From the NCBI GenBank assembly GCA_965215185.1, contig OZ244034.1, positions 2,592,001 through 2,656,000 of the forward strand: 64,000 nt of DNA, given 5' to 3'. The translations under genes and the position numbers were made by a program. Positions 20,919 to 30,829 of this stretch are shown here, one piece after another. Each line of letters begins with the position of its first letter. Position 1 is the first letter of the stretch. Origin of the DNA: Acidimicrobiia bacterium (GTDB taxonomy: Bacteria > Actinomycetota > Acidimicrobiia > Spongiisociales > ZC4RG35). The notes under the pieces were generated by a model that was not told the origin of the DNA, made no database searches, and saw only the letters and a list, made by a program, of their open reading frames with translations.

Positions 20919-21208
20919 CCAGCCGCGGCAGGCGGGATTAGCCTCCACGATTTCACCTGAGCGCACCGCCACTGCTCTGTTGTCTTTCCTGCCGTGCCCC
21001 TGATCCACCGTCATCGGGTGGGGTGGGCGAATGGGAAACCCTGGTTTGTCTTCGGATGCTCTAGCCTGCCAGCGGGCCAGAGTCCATGACCCTTTGACGG
21101 CTGAAAAAAACCGAGCCTACGGCAGTCGGGGGATGGCAACCCAACCTAGCATGATCAATTAGGTGTTCGGTCATCCTGTGATCGAACTTGGTAGAAAGCA
21201 GGTGAGTC

Positions 21209-21985
21209 ATGGCAAGTATTCCGCCCGACGAACGCCCGCTTCTGGTTTGTCGTGTCGACTGTCCTCCCCCTCTGCAAGAGGAGCTTGACGATTGGACTCC
21301 CTGGCACTTTGACGACTTCGGCCGTCATTACGCAGTCCTAGGGGCGTCCAGCTACAAGATTGTTCGCGACTTTGATCCTGAAACCGGGCTACCCGCGGCA
21401 TTCAATGCCTCCCAGGCCACCCGCTTCATTCCATATGTGGCAACTAATATCCCGGACATGCACGCCTGGATCGGAAGTGAAGTGGTGACGGGAGGTTTGG
21501 ACGAACCCACAATGGAACGCGAGTCGAAGTATCCATCATTGGAGCAAGAGCCGTTCAATGGAACGATGATGACCGCTTCCAAGGTGATTGGAGCTTTGGG
21601 AAGAGAGCAGGTCGGCAGCGGTGGTTGCGTTATCGAACGCTTCGAAGTGGGCCCCGAGCACGAAACGGAGTTCGACGAGTGGCTCGACGATCCTCATCTT
21701 GGTAGCTACGCGGAGCTGGACGGATGGATCAGAATTCGGACCTTTCGAGGGGACCGCACTGCCGACTATGCCTTTCCCTGGAATCGTTACCTGGGCAAGG
21801 GCAACCGGATGCTCTGGTGTGAGTTGAGGGGGGATGTGGACCCCAAAGAGTTTGTTCGACGCCCGGAATACAACGAGATACTGCGAAGCTCACTCCGCTG
21901 GGACGCGGTGTTGCCGTACATAACACGGGAAGCCTGTGAGGGCTTCATCGTTCGTGATCTCTCCCAGATTCCTTCAGCCGTCTGA
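21209..21985 (+). CDS. Hypothetical tandem dimeric alpha+beta barrel (EthD/DUF4286-like) protein
   Basis: Two repeats of the E(F/L)DxW...H pattern; homologous to 25344-26066. Confidence 0.55.
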   Translation: MASIPPDERPLLVCRVDCPPPLQEELDDWTPWHFDDFGRHYAVLGASSYKIVRDFDPETGLPAAFNASQATRFIPYVATNIPDMHAWIGSEVVTGGLDEPTMERESKYPSLEQEPFNGTMMTASKVIGALGREQVGSGGCVIERFEVGPEHETEFDEWLDDPHLGSYAELDGWIRIRTFRGDRTADYAFPWNRYLGKGNRMLWCELRGDVDPKEFVRRPEYNEILRSSLRWDAVLPYITREACEGFIVRDLSQIPSAV

Positions 21986-22091
21986 CGCTTGGCGTCATGA
22001 CAATGAACAAAAAGGAACTCCTTGTCGCTAAGGAGAACTGCTACTTGAACCACCAGTCCGGAAAGAAAACGATTACTACGAGGAGTTGAAA

Positions 22092-23477
22092 ATGAGAATG
22101 CGTACCGAAAGAGAAATTATCCAGCGGGCGAGGCTGGCTGGCATGTCCCGGCGAGAGTTTATCAGGCTTGGCGGGACAGTGGCCGCGGCCGCAGCGTTCC
22201 TGGCCGCCTGCGGCGATGATGCGAGCCCAACCACTACAGCTGCTCCAACCACTGCGGCGCCCACCACTGCGGCCGCGCCTACCACCACCGCAGCTCCTGA
22301 CGCTGACGACATTGGTGGCGAGATCACTCTTTGGGCCTGGGGGGCGGGCCTTGAGGGAGAGAAGATTCAAGAGAGAATCGCGTACTTCAAGGGCAAGTAC
22401 CCCAATGTCACCGTCAACTGGGAGCCGCTGGCCGCCAACGGATATGAAGAGTATCCGCAGTTGCTGGCGCGATTTGCCGCTGGGAACGCACCGGATGTGA
22501 TGCGGGTGCTCAACTTCCAGCCCACCCAGCTAGTAGCCGAGGGTGAGGCCCTTCTTCAACTTGATGACTACATAGCGCGAGATGCTGAAGAACTCAATAT
22601 GGGCGATTTCATCCCAACCACGGTCCAAGGAGCGATGGTCGACGGGAAGATGTATGGATTGCCCGACAACACCGAACCATATGTCATCTACTACAACCGT
22701 GACGCTTTCGATGCGGCGGGGTTGGACGATCCGCAGGCGCTTTTCCAGGCGGGCGAATGGAACGAGGAGGCTTTCACCGCTTCCATCGACGGTCTTATCG
22801 CCAACGGTATGCGCTTCGGAGCTTCATTTGAGTCTTGGAACTACGACACCTTCTGCTTCATGGGCGGCGGGACCATTCTCAACGAGAATCTTGAGGCGAC
22901 CATCAATCAGGGGGCCAGCCCCGAGATGCTCGGCTATTTTGCCAAACTGATCCAGGATGGCAAGTCGCCCAGCCCGGTGGTGGCCGGAGGGACTCATTTG
23001 GAGGCTTTCCGGAATCAGCAGACGGGCATGTACCTGATGGGTCCGTGGTGGTACGGAGCTTTGGCGGGAACCGTTGATTTCGACTACGACGTGACTGCGC
23101 TCCCCAGCTTCAACGGGGTCCGGGCAGGCAAGCTCGAGTTGGGATCTCTCTCCATATCTTCGCAATCGAAGAATCCCGAGGCGGCTTGGGCCTTTGCCAA
23201 GACTGTCACAGACACTAGGGGTCTTGAGATTTGGAGTGCGGTGGCCACGCCGACTCGTCGCAGCGCCCTGGAGGTCGCCGGATTCAACGACGTGCAATGG
23301 AAGAAGGATGCGGTCGCCATGGTCGAAGCCGGAACGTGGACGCCTTTCACTACCCAGGGCTTTGCGGTCGATTCTGCTGCTGGTGCAGCTTTGGACTTGC
23401 TGTGGGCCGGTGAGGCTACCGCGGAAGAGGCTACGGCTGATGCGGCGAGCAGAATCACGGAAGCTCTCGCGGGCTGA
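22092..23477 (+). CDS. Carbohydrate (CUT1) ABC substrate-binding lipoprotein, Tat-exported
   Basis: SRREFI twin-arginine motif, LAAC lipobox, APDV, MYGLP, YYN. Confidence 0.88.
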   Translation: MRMRTEREIIQRARLAGMSRREFIRLGGTVAAAAAFLAACGDDASPTTTAAPTTAAPTTAAAPTTTAAPDADDIGGEITLWAWGAGLEGEKIQERIAYFKGKYPNVTVNWEPLAANGYEEYPQLLARFAAGNAPDVMRVLNFQPTQLVAEGEALLQLDDYIARDAEELNMGDFIPTTVQGAMVDGKMYGLPDNTEPYVIYYNRDAFDAAGLDDPQALFQAGEWNEEAFTASIDGLIANGMRFGASFESWNYDTFCFMGGGTILNENLEATINQGASPEMLGYFAKLIQDGKSPSPVVAGGTHLEAFRNQQTGMYLMGPWWYGALAGTVDFDYDVTALPSFNGVRAGKLELGSLSISSQSKNPEAAWAFAKTVTDTRGLEIWSAVATPTRRSALEVAGFNDVQWKKDAVAMVEAGTWTPFTTQGFAVDSAAGAALDLLWAGEATAEEATADAASRITEALAG

Positions 23478-23524
23478 TCCGTCTGGGTGATCGCATCACC
23501 AAGATAAAAACGCCACGATCGGAT

Positions 23525-24454
23525 ATGGGGGGCTCACCCGTTGAGTCCCCCATATTCAGACGGCCGACGTTGCGCTGGAGGAGTAAAAGCACGCTCGTCG
23601 CCTACGGGTTTCTCGCTCCATGGATCATTGGTCTAGCCGTCTTCTACCTCGGCCCGATTGCCACTTCGGCCGTTCTGTCGTTCACCGATTACAACATCAT
23701 CTCACCGGCGGAGTTCACCGGTCTGGACAACTATGAGAAGATGCTCACCGACGGTGATTTTGTGCAGTCCGTCAAGGTGACTCTCTACTACACGGTCTTT
23801 TTCTTGTTCACCTATGTGGTCTTGGCTCTGTTTGTGGCGATGCTGGCGCACCGCCCTGGAAGGGGAACCGGACTGTTTCGGTTGATTGTCTTCCTTCCGT
23901 CCCTGATTCCGTTGTTCGCGGCGGCGGTGCTGTGGGGGTGGATATTCAACACCGACTTCGGGCTGGTCAACTATGTGTTCGAGCAGTTTGGTATTCCCCG
24001 TCAAGGGTTCTTTCAGTCTCCGGACCAGGCCCTTCCTCTGATTGGAATGCTGACCTTCTGGTCTATCGGGTCGGCCTTTCTGGTTTATCTTTCAGGGCTT
24101 CAATCGATCCCGATTCATCTCTATGAAGCGATTACTGTCGATGGTGCGTCGGGCATTCGCCGGTTCTGGCACATAACTCTTCCCATGCTGAGCCCGGTAA
24201 TTCTTTTCAACCTCATAATCGGCATCGTGCTGTCTTTTCAGGTCTTCGACATTGCTTGGGTGCTGACCGACGGCGGTCCCGCCAATCGCACGCTCTTTTG
24301 GGTGCTGTTGATTTTCCGGCGGGCGTTCGAAGACTTCCAGATGGGGTATGCCTCCGCTTTGTCCTGGGTGTTGTTCATTGTGGTTGCCGGAGTGACCGGT
24401 TTGATTTTCCGGACGGCGCGGTGGTGGGTTCATTACGAAGGCAAGTCGCAATGA
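23525..24454 (+). CDS. Carbohydrate ABC permease
   Basis: YEA..VDGA...FWHITLP EAA loop, multiple TM segments. Confidence 0.9.
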   Translation: MGGSPVESPIFRRPTLRWRSKSTLVAYGFLAPWIIGLAVFYLGPIATSAVLSFTDYNIISPAEFTGLDNYEKMLTDGDFVQSVKVTLYYTVFFLFTYVVLALFVAMLAHRPGRGTGLFRLIVFLPSLIPLFAAAVLWGWIFNTDFGLVNYVFEQFGIPRQGFFQSPDQALPLIGMLTFWSIGSAFLVYLSGLQSIPIHLYEAITVDGASGIRRFWHITLPMLSPVILFNLIIGIVLSFQVFDIAWVLTDGGPANRTLFWVLLIFRRAFEDFQMGYASALSWVLFIVVAGVTGLIFRTARWWVHYEGKSQ

Positions 24455-25344
24455 CGGTTGCGAGAAACGCGTCGCGTCCGCCTCCTGCCGGAGATCTTGC
24501 GCAACGGCTGCAGCAGCGGCGCAGGGTCTTGTGGTACCTGGGGTTGGTTTTCATAGCCCTTGTCATGATCGTCCCTGTCTATTACATGATCTACCTGGCA
24601 TTTTCCCAGCCGGGGCGCGAATTTGCGTTTCCCCCAGGCTTTTTTCCCGATCCCATAAGCGTCGAAAACATAGCACGGGCCCCCGGCGGTACGGCCACCC
24701 CGTTGTGGGGGTTCGCCCGCAACAGTGTCATGTATGCTGGTTTGGCGACTTTGGGAGCATTGGTGGCGGAATCCATGGCTGGCTTTGCTCTGGCGCGGAT
24801 GCACTTCCCTGGTCGAAACGTCATTTTTGCTCTCACCGTGGGCATGTTGATCATGCCGTTTGTGGCGACCATCATTCCCAAGTTTTTGCTGTTCAGCAAG
24901 ATTGGGCTGGTGGACAGCTATTGGGCGTTGATTCTGCCGTGGTGGTTCGGAGGGTCCCCCTATGGGATCTTCTTGATGCGTCAATTTTTCCTCACCATTC
25001 CCCGAGAATTCGACGAGGCCGCACGCATTGATGGGGCCGGTCCGTGGAGAACCATGTGGTTGGTGCTCATGCCCCAGTCGGTCCCGGTTCTGGTGGCGCT
25101 GGGCATGCTGCACTTCGCCTACTTTTGGAATGATCTGTTGGGACCCCTGGTGTTCTGCCAGACACGGGTTTGCAAGACGCTTCCGCAGGGCATTCTATCC
25201 AACTACCTGTCGACGTGGGATCCCCAGTGGGCGCTGTTCATGATGTCCACATCGCTTATGGTGCTGCCGGTCGCCGTGGTGTTCATTCTGGCTCAAAGGC
25301 GGTTCAAACAGGGGTTCCTGTTCTCGGGACTGGGAGGACGCTGA
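24451..25344 (+). CDS. Carbohydrate ABC permease
   Basis: DEAARIDGA EAA loop, WND; ATGA overlap. Confidence 0.9.
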   Translation: MTVARNASRPPPAGDLAQRLQQRRRVLWYLGLVFIALVMIVPVYYMIYLAFSQPGREFAFPPGFFPDPISVENIARAPGGTATPLWGFARNSVMYAGLATLGALVAESMAGFALARMHFPGRNVIFALTVGMLIMPFVATIIPKFLLFSKIGLVDSYWALILPWWFGGSPYGIFLMRQFFLTIPREFDEAARIDGAGPWRTMWLVLMPQSVPVLVALGMLHFAYFWNDLLGPLVFCQTRVCKTLPQGILSNYLSTWDPQWALFMMSTSLMVLPVAVVFILAQRRFKQGFLFSGLGGR

Positions 25345-26066
25345 TGGCGCATCTGGGAGCCGTGCTGATCGCTCGGGCCTGGCCACAAAAGCACGCCCTT
25401 GCCGACTTCGATCGGTGGCAAATGAGTAAACATCTTGTCGAATTGGTGGAGCTACCAGGTGTCCGGCGGGTGAGTTACTATGCCACTCGAACTTCCGGCG
25501 TTCCGCAAGCCTGGCAGGGCAGCGGCAACCGGATGGCGGCCTATTGGGCGGAGGACCTGACCGCGCTCAAGCGCTGGATGTCGGACCCCGGCCTGGCGCT
25601 GGCCATTGAAGACGGGAGCCGGTTTTTCGATTCCTTCAACGAACTGGATGGCAGCACCTACACGGGAAATGTCTATCAGCTCGGACCCAGGTGGCCAGGA
25701 GATCCCGATCCATCCCTGGAGGGTTGTCTGCTCATGCAGCGATTCGAGGTGGGCGATCATCAGAAGGAGGAGTTTGACGATTGGATCGTGCGCAAACACC
25801 TGCCGGCGCTGCGCAGTATCAAAGGGTGGAGGTGGGTCCAATGGGGAAAGGCGGTTCGGGGACTGCCGGTTCAGTATTACAACTCGCCGGGCAATCGCGT
25901 TGTGTTGGCGGAGTTGGATCAGCCGAAGGCGCCTTCCCTGACTGTCCGGTCCGTAGACCGCGTCTTGGCCGATTCAGTGAGGTGGGATCGCTGTCTTGAT
26001 TATGTCCGGCGGGAGGTTGACGAGCCTGTCGCACTATTGGAAAAGCCTTTGGGGGTGTCCGCATGA
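25344..26066 (+). CDS. Hypothetical tandem alpha+beta barrel (EthD/DUF4286-like) protein
   Basis: FDRW...H...LPGV and EFDDW...HLP repeats; start and stop overlap both neighbours. Confidence 0.6.
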   Translation: MAHLGAVLIARAWPQKHALADFDRWQMSKHLVELVELPGVRRVSYYATRTSGVPQAWQGSGNRMAAYWAEDLTALKRWMSDPGLALAIEDGSRFFDSFNELDGSTYTGNVYQLGPRWPGDPDPSLEGCLLMQRFEVGDHQKEEFDDWIVRKHLPALRSIKGWRWVQWGKAVRGLPVQYYNSPGNRVVLAELDQPKAPSLTVRSVDRVLADSVRWDRCLDYVRREVDEPVALLEKPLGVSA

Positions 26067-27283
26067 CGTCCGTGACTCTGGAGAACGTTTGGAAGGTCTA
26101 CTACGACGGCACGGTCGCTGTCGACAATCTGGACCTGACTGTGGAGGAGGGCGAATTGATGGTATTGGTGGGTCCGTCCGGTTGCGGGAAATCGTCCATT
26201 CTCAGGATGATCGCCGGGTTGGAGGAGATCTCTGAAGGGTCTCTCTACATCGGAGGGGAAAGAGTCAACGACGTCTCTCCCGACAAGCGCAACATCGCCA
26301 TGGTCTTCCAAAACTACGCGCTTTATCCCCATATGACCGTAGCCAAGAACATGGGATTCAGCCTGAGACTCCAACATGTGGCCAGGGCCATCCGGGATCG
26401 GGTGGTGGGCGAGACCGCCAATGTGCTGGGTTTGAGCGACCTATTGGAACGACAGCCGGCCCAACTGAGTGGTGGACAGCGACAACGGGTGGCCATGGGA
26501 CGCGCCATGGTGCGAGACCCCCGGGTTTTTCTGCTCGACGAACCTCTTTCGAATCTGGACGCCAAGTTGCGAACTCAGATGCGTTCGGAGGTGCGGGAAC
26601 TTCAGCGCCGTCTCGATTCGACGATGATCTATGTCACCCACGACCAAACCGAAGCCATGACCATGGCCGACCGGATCGCGGTGCTGAGGCGGGGGGTGCT
26701 GCAGCAGGTGGGTGCCCCCAGGCAACTGTATTGGGAGCCGGCGAACCTGTTCGTGGCGGATTTCATCGGTTCGCCTGCGATGAATCTGCTCCAAGGGCGA
26801 CTCCAAGTCAATGGCGACCGAGTTGCCATGCTCTACGGTGACGGAAGAGTTTTCGAACTGCCATCTGGACTCCTGACAGGTTCTCCTCGTCCCGATGCAC
26901 AGGGGAAAGAGGTGATACTGGGTGTTCGACCGGAGCATTTCGCATTCGCCGACAACGGATCACAGCGGGGTATCCCGGTACGGGTACGATTCTCCGAGGT
27001 ACTCGGATCGGAGACTCTGGTGCACGTTGATGTGCCCGCCCCCACTGTCGTCACCGAAGGACTCCGTGAAATCGCCAAGGACATTGATGAGACCATCTTG
27101 AGCCAGTTGGAGGAGGCTCGCGAGAGCAGGTTCGTCATCAAGCTGAACGGTGATAGACCGATTGAGGCTGGCGAAAACCTGCATGTCGTTCCGAACGAGG
27201 ACAGCCGTCTCTATTTCTTCGACCCGGAGTCGCCGTCGACGCCCGCTTGGCTGTTGAACCCAAAGGAGGAAGATCATGAGTGA
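26063..27283 (+). CDS. MalK/MsiK-type ABC ATP-binding protein
   Basis: GPSGCGKS, LSGGQRQR, LDEPLSNLD, GVRPE. Confidence 0.93.
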   Translation: MTSVTLENVWKVYYDGTVAVDNLDLTVEEGELMVLVGPSGCGKSSILRMIAGLEEISEGSLYIGGERVNDVSPDKRNIAMVFQNYALYPHMTVAKNMGFSLRLQHVARAIRDRVVGETANVLGLSDLLERQPAQLSGGQRQRVAMGRAMVRDPRVFLLDEPLSNLDAKLRTQMRSEVRELQRRLDSTMIYVTHDQTEAMTMADRIAVLRRGVLQQVGAPRQLYWEPANLFVADFIGSPAMNLLQGRLQVNGDRVAMLYGDGRVFELPSGLLTGSPRPDAQGKEVILGVRPEHFAFADNGSQRGIPVRVRFSEVLGSETLVHVDVPAPTVVTEGLREIAKDIDETILSQLEEARESRFVIKLNGDRPIEAGENLHVVPNEDSRLYFFDPESPSTPAWLLNPKEEDHE

Positions 27284-28295
27284 TCCCAAGCTTTCGAGAC
27301 TCGCGCTCGGTTGTTACCCGCTTGGTGGCGGGTACGGGAATCTGGATTTGGATGTAGCCCGCGCCACCGTGGACGCGGCTGTGGATGCCGGTTGGACGTT
27401 TCTAGACACGGCCGAGGGGTATCTGGATTCGGAGGTGAGGCTGGGAAGATTCCTGTCGGGGCGCCGAGACCAGGTCTTCCTGGCCACCAAGGTGTTTCCG
27501 AACGAGCCTTATACATATGAAAACATGCGGGTCTCTTTGAACAACAGCCTGCGGAAGCTACGCACAGATCGGGTTGATCTGCTTCAGTTGCACGGCCCCC
27601 CCGACTGGGTGATCAAATTCGATGACGCACCTTCCATGGCCGAGGTGGGAGAGTCCTTGGCCCGTTTGGTGGAAAGCGGAGACGTTCTCAACGTGGGCGT
27701 CTGCAACCTTCCCGTGTCCCTGATGGAGGAGCTTTCTACAACCGTCTCGCTGTTTTCGACCCAGAACCTGTGGTCGCTGTATGACCAGGTTGGGACAGAC
27801 GACGGGATCCATCTGCCGGTGGGCGAGTCGATCATCCCCTGGTGCCGGGATCACGGGGTAAATGTGTTTGCCTTCAGTCCCCTCGGTCGGGGTCTGCTCG
27901 CCGACGGATTGTCGCCCGACCGCACCTTTCCGACTCACGATGAGCGTTTTTACCTTCCCCGTTTCCAGCCCGATGTATATCCTGACTGGGCACGCCTTTC
28001 GAATCGCCTTAAGGGATGGGCGCGGGATCACGGACGGACACTGGTGCAGTTGGCGGTGGCGTGGACGCTGGCCACTCCCGGGGTCACTTCGACGCTGATA
28101 GGCGCCAAGACACCGCGACATATCGAAGCCATGGCCGGGGCCGACGAATGGGAGCTGTCAGAAAACGATCTTCAGGAGATAGACCACATCATTGCCACGC
28201 TTCCACCTAAGGCCGCCGCTGCCCTGTCCATCGTCTGGGACCACTTCCCCGAGGATGCGGTTCGGGCCATGGCCGATCGTCGCCACGGCCGTTAG
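27276..28295 (+). CDS. Aldo/keto reductase
   Basis: DTAEGY, LATK, DLLQLH, FSPLGRG. Confidence 0.9.
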   Translation: MSDPKLSRLALGCYPLGGGYGNLDLDVARATVDAAVDAGWTFLDTAEGYLDSEVRLGRFLSGRRDQVFLATKVFPNEPYTYENMRVSLNNSLRKLRTDRVDLLQLHGPPDWVIKFDDAPSMAEVGESLARLVESGDVLNVGVCNLPVSLMEELSTTVSLFSTQNLWSLYDQVGTDDGIHLPVGESIIPWCRDHGVNVFAFSPLGRGLLADGLSPDRTFPTHDERFYLPRFQPDVYPDWARLSNRLKGWARDHGRTLVQLAVAWTLATPGVTSTLIGAKTPRHIEAMAGADEWELSENDLQEIDHIIATLPPKAAAALSIVWDHFPEDAVRAMADRRHGR

Positions 28296-28346
28296 GCAGA
28301 CCACCGGAACGACCCTATTTTCGACTAACAAAGACAGGCGCCGGTT

Positions 28347-29213
28347 CTATATTGAACCTAGGGTTGCCAGGGCTTGGCGGATCTGGTCGCGGACGTAGAT
28401 GGTCTCCGACAGGTTATCCACCCGGTCGCAGTCCCACTTCTGCATCCGAACGTATTCGGCCGAAATGAACCCGTTGTAGTCCATGGCGGCCAACTGTCGG
28501 ACGAGCCGTTGGATGTCAATGGTTCCCTCATAGGAGATGGCCTGCATAACCTCTGGCGCTGCTTGACGGACCTGATGATGCCTCGAGATAGGCAGAAGCG
28601 TCTCGAGGCGTTCTTGGGGGATGCCCTGGTAGATGAAATGGGCAAAATCAAGGCACACCTTCAGGCCAGGGACCTGCGCAACGAACTGGGCGGTAGTCTC
28701 GGGGGTCTCGGTGATGGAACCTAAGTGGGGCTCGAAACCAAGTTCCAAGCCGGCTTCCTGGGCCACTTCCACCCGCCAATTCAGTTCCTCAGCGGCAAGT
28801 CCCCAGTCCCGGGAGGGATCGTTGCCGTCGAAAGGGCAGCCGGGCAGGATGGTGAGTCCGGGAGACTCCAAGACCAGGGTGAACTCCACGAAACGCCGGA
28901 AGTCGTCGCGGGCGGTGGTGCGTACCTCCGCCGAGGGGTTATTGGGCGCCGCCGACTGCACGTCGAACACGGGCCGAAAGTCGGTGATCACTATGGGAAA
29001 CACATCTGCCACCACCAGTCCGGCATCGTCGACCATGGCCTTCACCCTCCGGCCAACGCCGGTCGGATCGGCGATCACCTCCTCGGCGGAATTGTTGGGG
29101 TTGCCCGAGAAGACAGCCACGTCCACCGCGTCGAATTCCAATCCCTTGATAAGAGCAAGATTCACATCGTAAGGCAGGAGCGGGAAGGAATAGTCGGCGC
29201 ACGAAAGCCTCAT
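28347..29213 (-). CDS. Sugar phosphate isomerase/epimerase (xylose-isomerase-like TIM barrel)
   Basis: FEPH, LDFAH, HxQxR, YNGFISAEY metal-site pattern. Confidence 0.8.
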   Translation of the reverse strand: MRLSCADYSFPLLPYDVNLALIKGLEFDAVDVAVFSGNPNNSAEEVIADPTGVGRRVKAMVDDAGLVVADVFPIVITDFRPVFDVQSAAPNNPSAEVRTTARDDFRRFVEFTLVLESPGLTILPGCPFDGNDPSRDWGLAAEELNWRVEVAQEAGLELGFEPHLGSITETPETTAQFVAQVPGLKVCLDFAHFIYQGIPQERLETLLPISRHHQVRQAAPEVMQAISYEGTIDIQRLVRQLAAMDYNGFISAEYVRMQKWDCDRVDNLSETIYVRDQIRQALATLGSI

Positions 29214-29266
29214 GAGGCGTTCCTTTCGGTGGCGGGATAGCAGCTGCTATTAAAGTTAGACCAACC

Positions 29267-30685
29267 ATGACCCGCCCCTCCCTGAATCAGCCACCTCGCA
29301 TCGGGCAATTGTCGGTCTACTTCGGGTTGTTCGACGAGGCTATGCCTCCCGAGTTCCGCCGTGATCGGGAAGCATTGGCCCACCGATTCACCAAGTTTCT
29401 GGCCGGTGCCGGGGAGGTGATCTACCCGGGCTTGGTCGACTCGGAGGAGGCAGGACGAAGGGCGGGTGAGGTTTTCGCCGCCCAAGAGGTGGAGGTGGTG
29501 GTGTTTGTCCCCTCCATGGCCGCCCCACCCAGTTACGGATGGGAGGCCGTCTCCGGGTTGGACGTTCCGGTGATTTCGGTGGCCGCTCAGGAACTCACCT
29601 CCATACCCCCGGTTTACACCACCGAGGAGGGCACCCAGCGCAGCACCCTGGTGGGCCTGGTGATGTTCACCAACGTGCTGGCCCGGGAAGGCAAGCCCAT
29701 GGTCACCCTGGTGGGCCGATTGGAGTCGGACGAATTCGCGGCTCAGGTGGCTGAAACCGTTCGGTCGGCGGCGTTAGCCAACCGGCTCAACGGCCTGCGG
29801 GTAGGGGCGATCGGAGCCCCGATCGGCGGGTATTTGGATGTGGAGGCCACGCCGGAGGAGGTTGAACAGCTGGGTCTTCAGATGGTGTCGATCTCCCGGG
29901 AGGAACTCAACGAGGCCTTTGCGGGTGTGTCGGAACAAAGAGTCCAAGAGCTTTCGGACGGCCTTCGAGAACGCTTCGAAGCCAGTGCAACATCTGATGA
30001 GATACTGGCTCGTTCGGCCCGGCTCGCCCTGGCGCTTCGGGGGATCTGCCAGCGACACGACCTGGCGGGGGGAACGGTGAACTGCCACGGTGACATGTTC
30101 CGGTGGAATCCCGAAGTGGGGATTACCGCCTGTTTGGGGGTCACCTGTCTTACCGAGGAGGGGACGCCCCTTTCCTGTACGGGTGACCTTCCCGCCGGGA
30201 TCGCCTTGGTGATAGGAAAGGCTGTGGCGCAAGGGGCCCTCTACTGCGAGGCCTACGGGGTGGACTTCGAGGGTGACTGGGTGTTGCTGGCCAACGGCGG
30301 CGAGAGTGATGTCTCCATGGCCGATCATTCTCGCCCCATCAGGCTGCTTCCCGAAGATCACTACATGGGCGAACAAGGCCCCGGAACGGCGATCGTGTTT
30401 TCTCTTCCCACCGGCCCCGCCACCCTGCTCAGCATGTCTCCCATCCGGGGAGCCGACGGCGGATGGGCGCTGGTGGTGGGGGAGGGAGAGATTATCGGCT
30501 CCAAACACGAAGCCATAGAAGGACCCAACGCCATGTTCCGCTTCTCCTCGGGTCCCGCTCAGCAGGCTTTCCAGCGGTTTTGCAATGCGGGCGCCACCCA
30601 TCACAGCGTGCTGACCCCCGGTCATCACCTGCAAACCCTGGAGATGATGTCCAAATGGGCTGGGTTCGAGGTTCGGGCGGTTTAG
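29267..30685 (+). CDS. L-fucose/L-arabinose isomerase-fold protein
   Basis: Size, CLG..CL..EG.P.SCTGD, GPATL and C-terminal HHSVL.PGH pattern. Confidence 0.75.
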   Translation: MTRPSLNQPPRIGQLSVYFGLFDEAMPPEFRRDREALAHRFTKFLAGAGEVIYPGLVDSEEAGRRAGEVFAAQEVEVVVFVPSMAAPPSYGWEAVSGLDVPVISVAAQELTSIPPVYTTEEGTQRSTLVGLVMFTNVLAREGKPMVTLVGRLESDEFAAQVAETVRSAALANRLNGLRVGAIGAPIGGYLDVEATPEEVEQLGLQMVSISREELNEAFAGVSEQRVQELSDGLRERFEASATSDEILARSARLALALRGICQRHDLAGGTVNCHGDMFRWNPEVGITACLGVTCLTEEGTPLSCTGDLPAGIALVIGKAVAQGALYCEAYGVDFEGDWVLLANGGESDVSMADHSRPIRLLPEDHYMGEQGPGTAIVFSLPTGPATLLSMSPIRGADGGWALVVGEGEIIGSKHEAIEGPNAMFRFSSGPAQQAFQRFCNAGATHHSVLTPGHHLQTLEMMSKWAGFEVRAV

Positions 30686-30829
30686 GTCTCTGGCGTTCTT
30701 CCCGGGATGCCCTGATTGCCGGTCATTTAACTTCCCGTCCCACCTGCCACCCCTTCCCCCCAGCATCTACTATCACCGGTAGAGCCTTCTGTAGCTAAGG
30801 GGCCGCCGCGTCCCGGTAAAGGAGAAGTC

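Noticed and set aside
21166-21188. Operator-like palindrome gttcggtca-tcctg-tgatcgaac and scattered TGGT/ACCA boxes
   Set aside because: Short, imperfect and not repeated consistently; cannot be distinguished from chance
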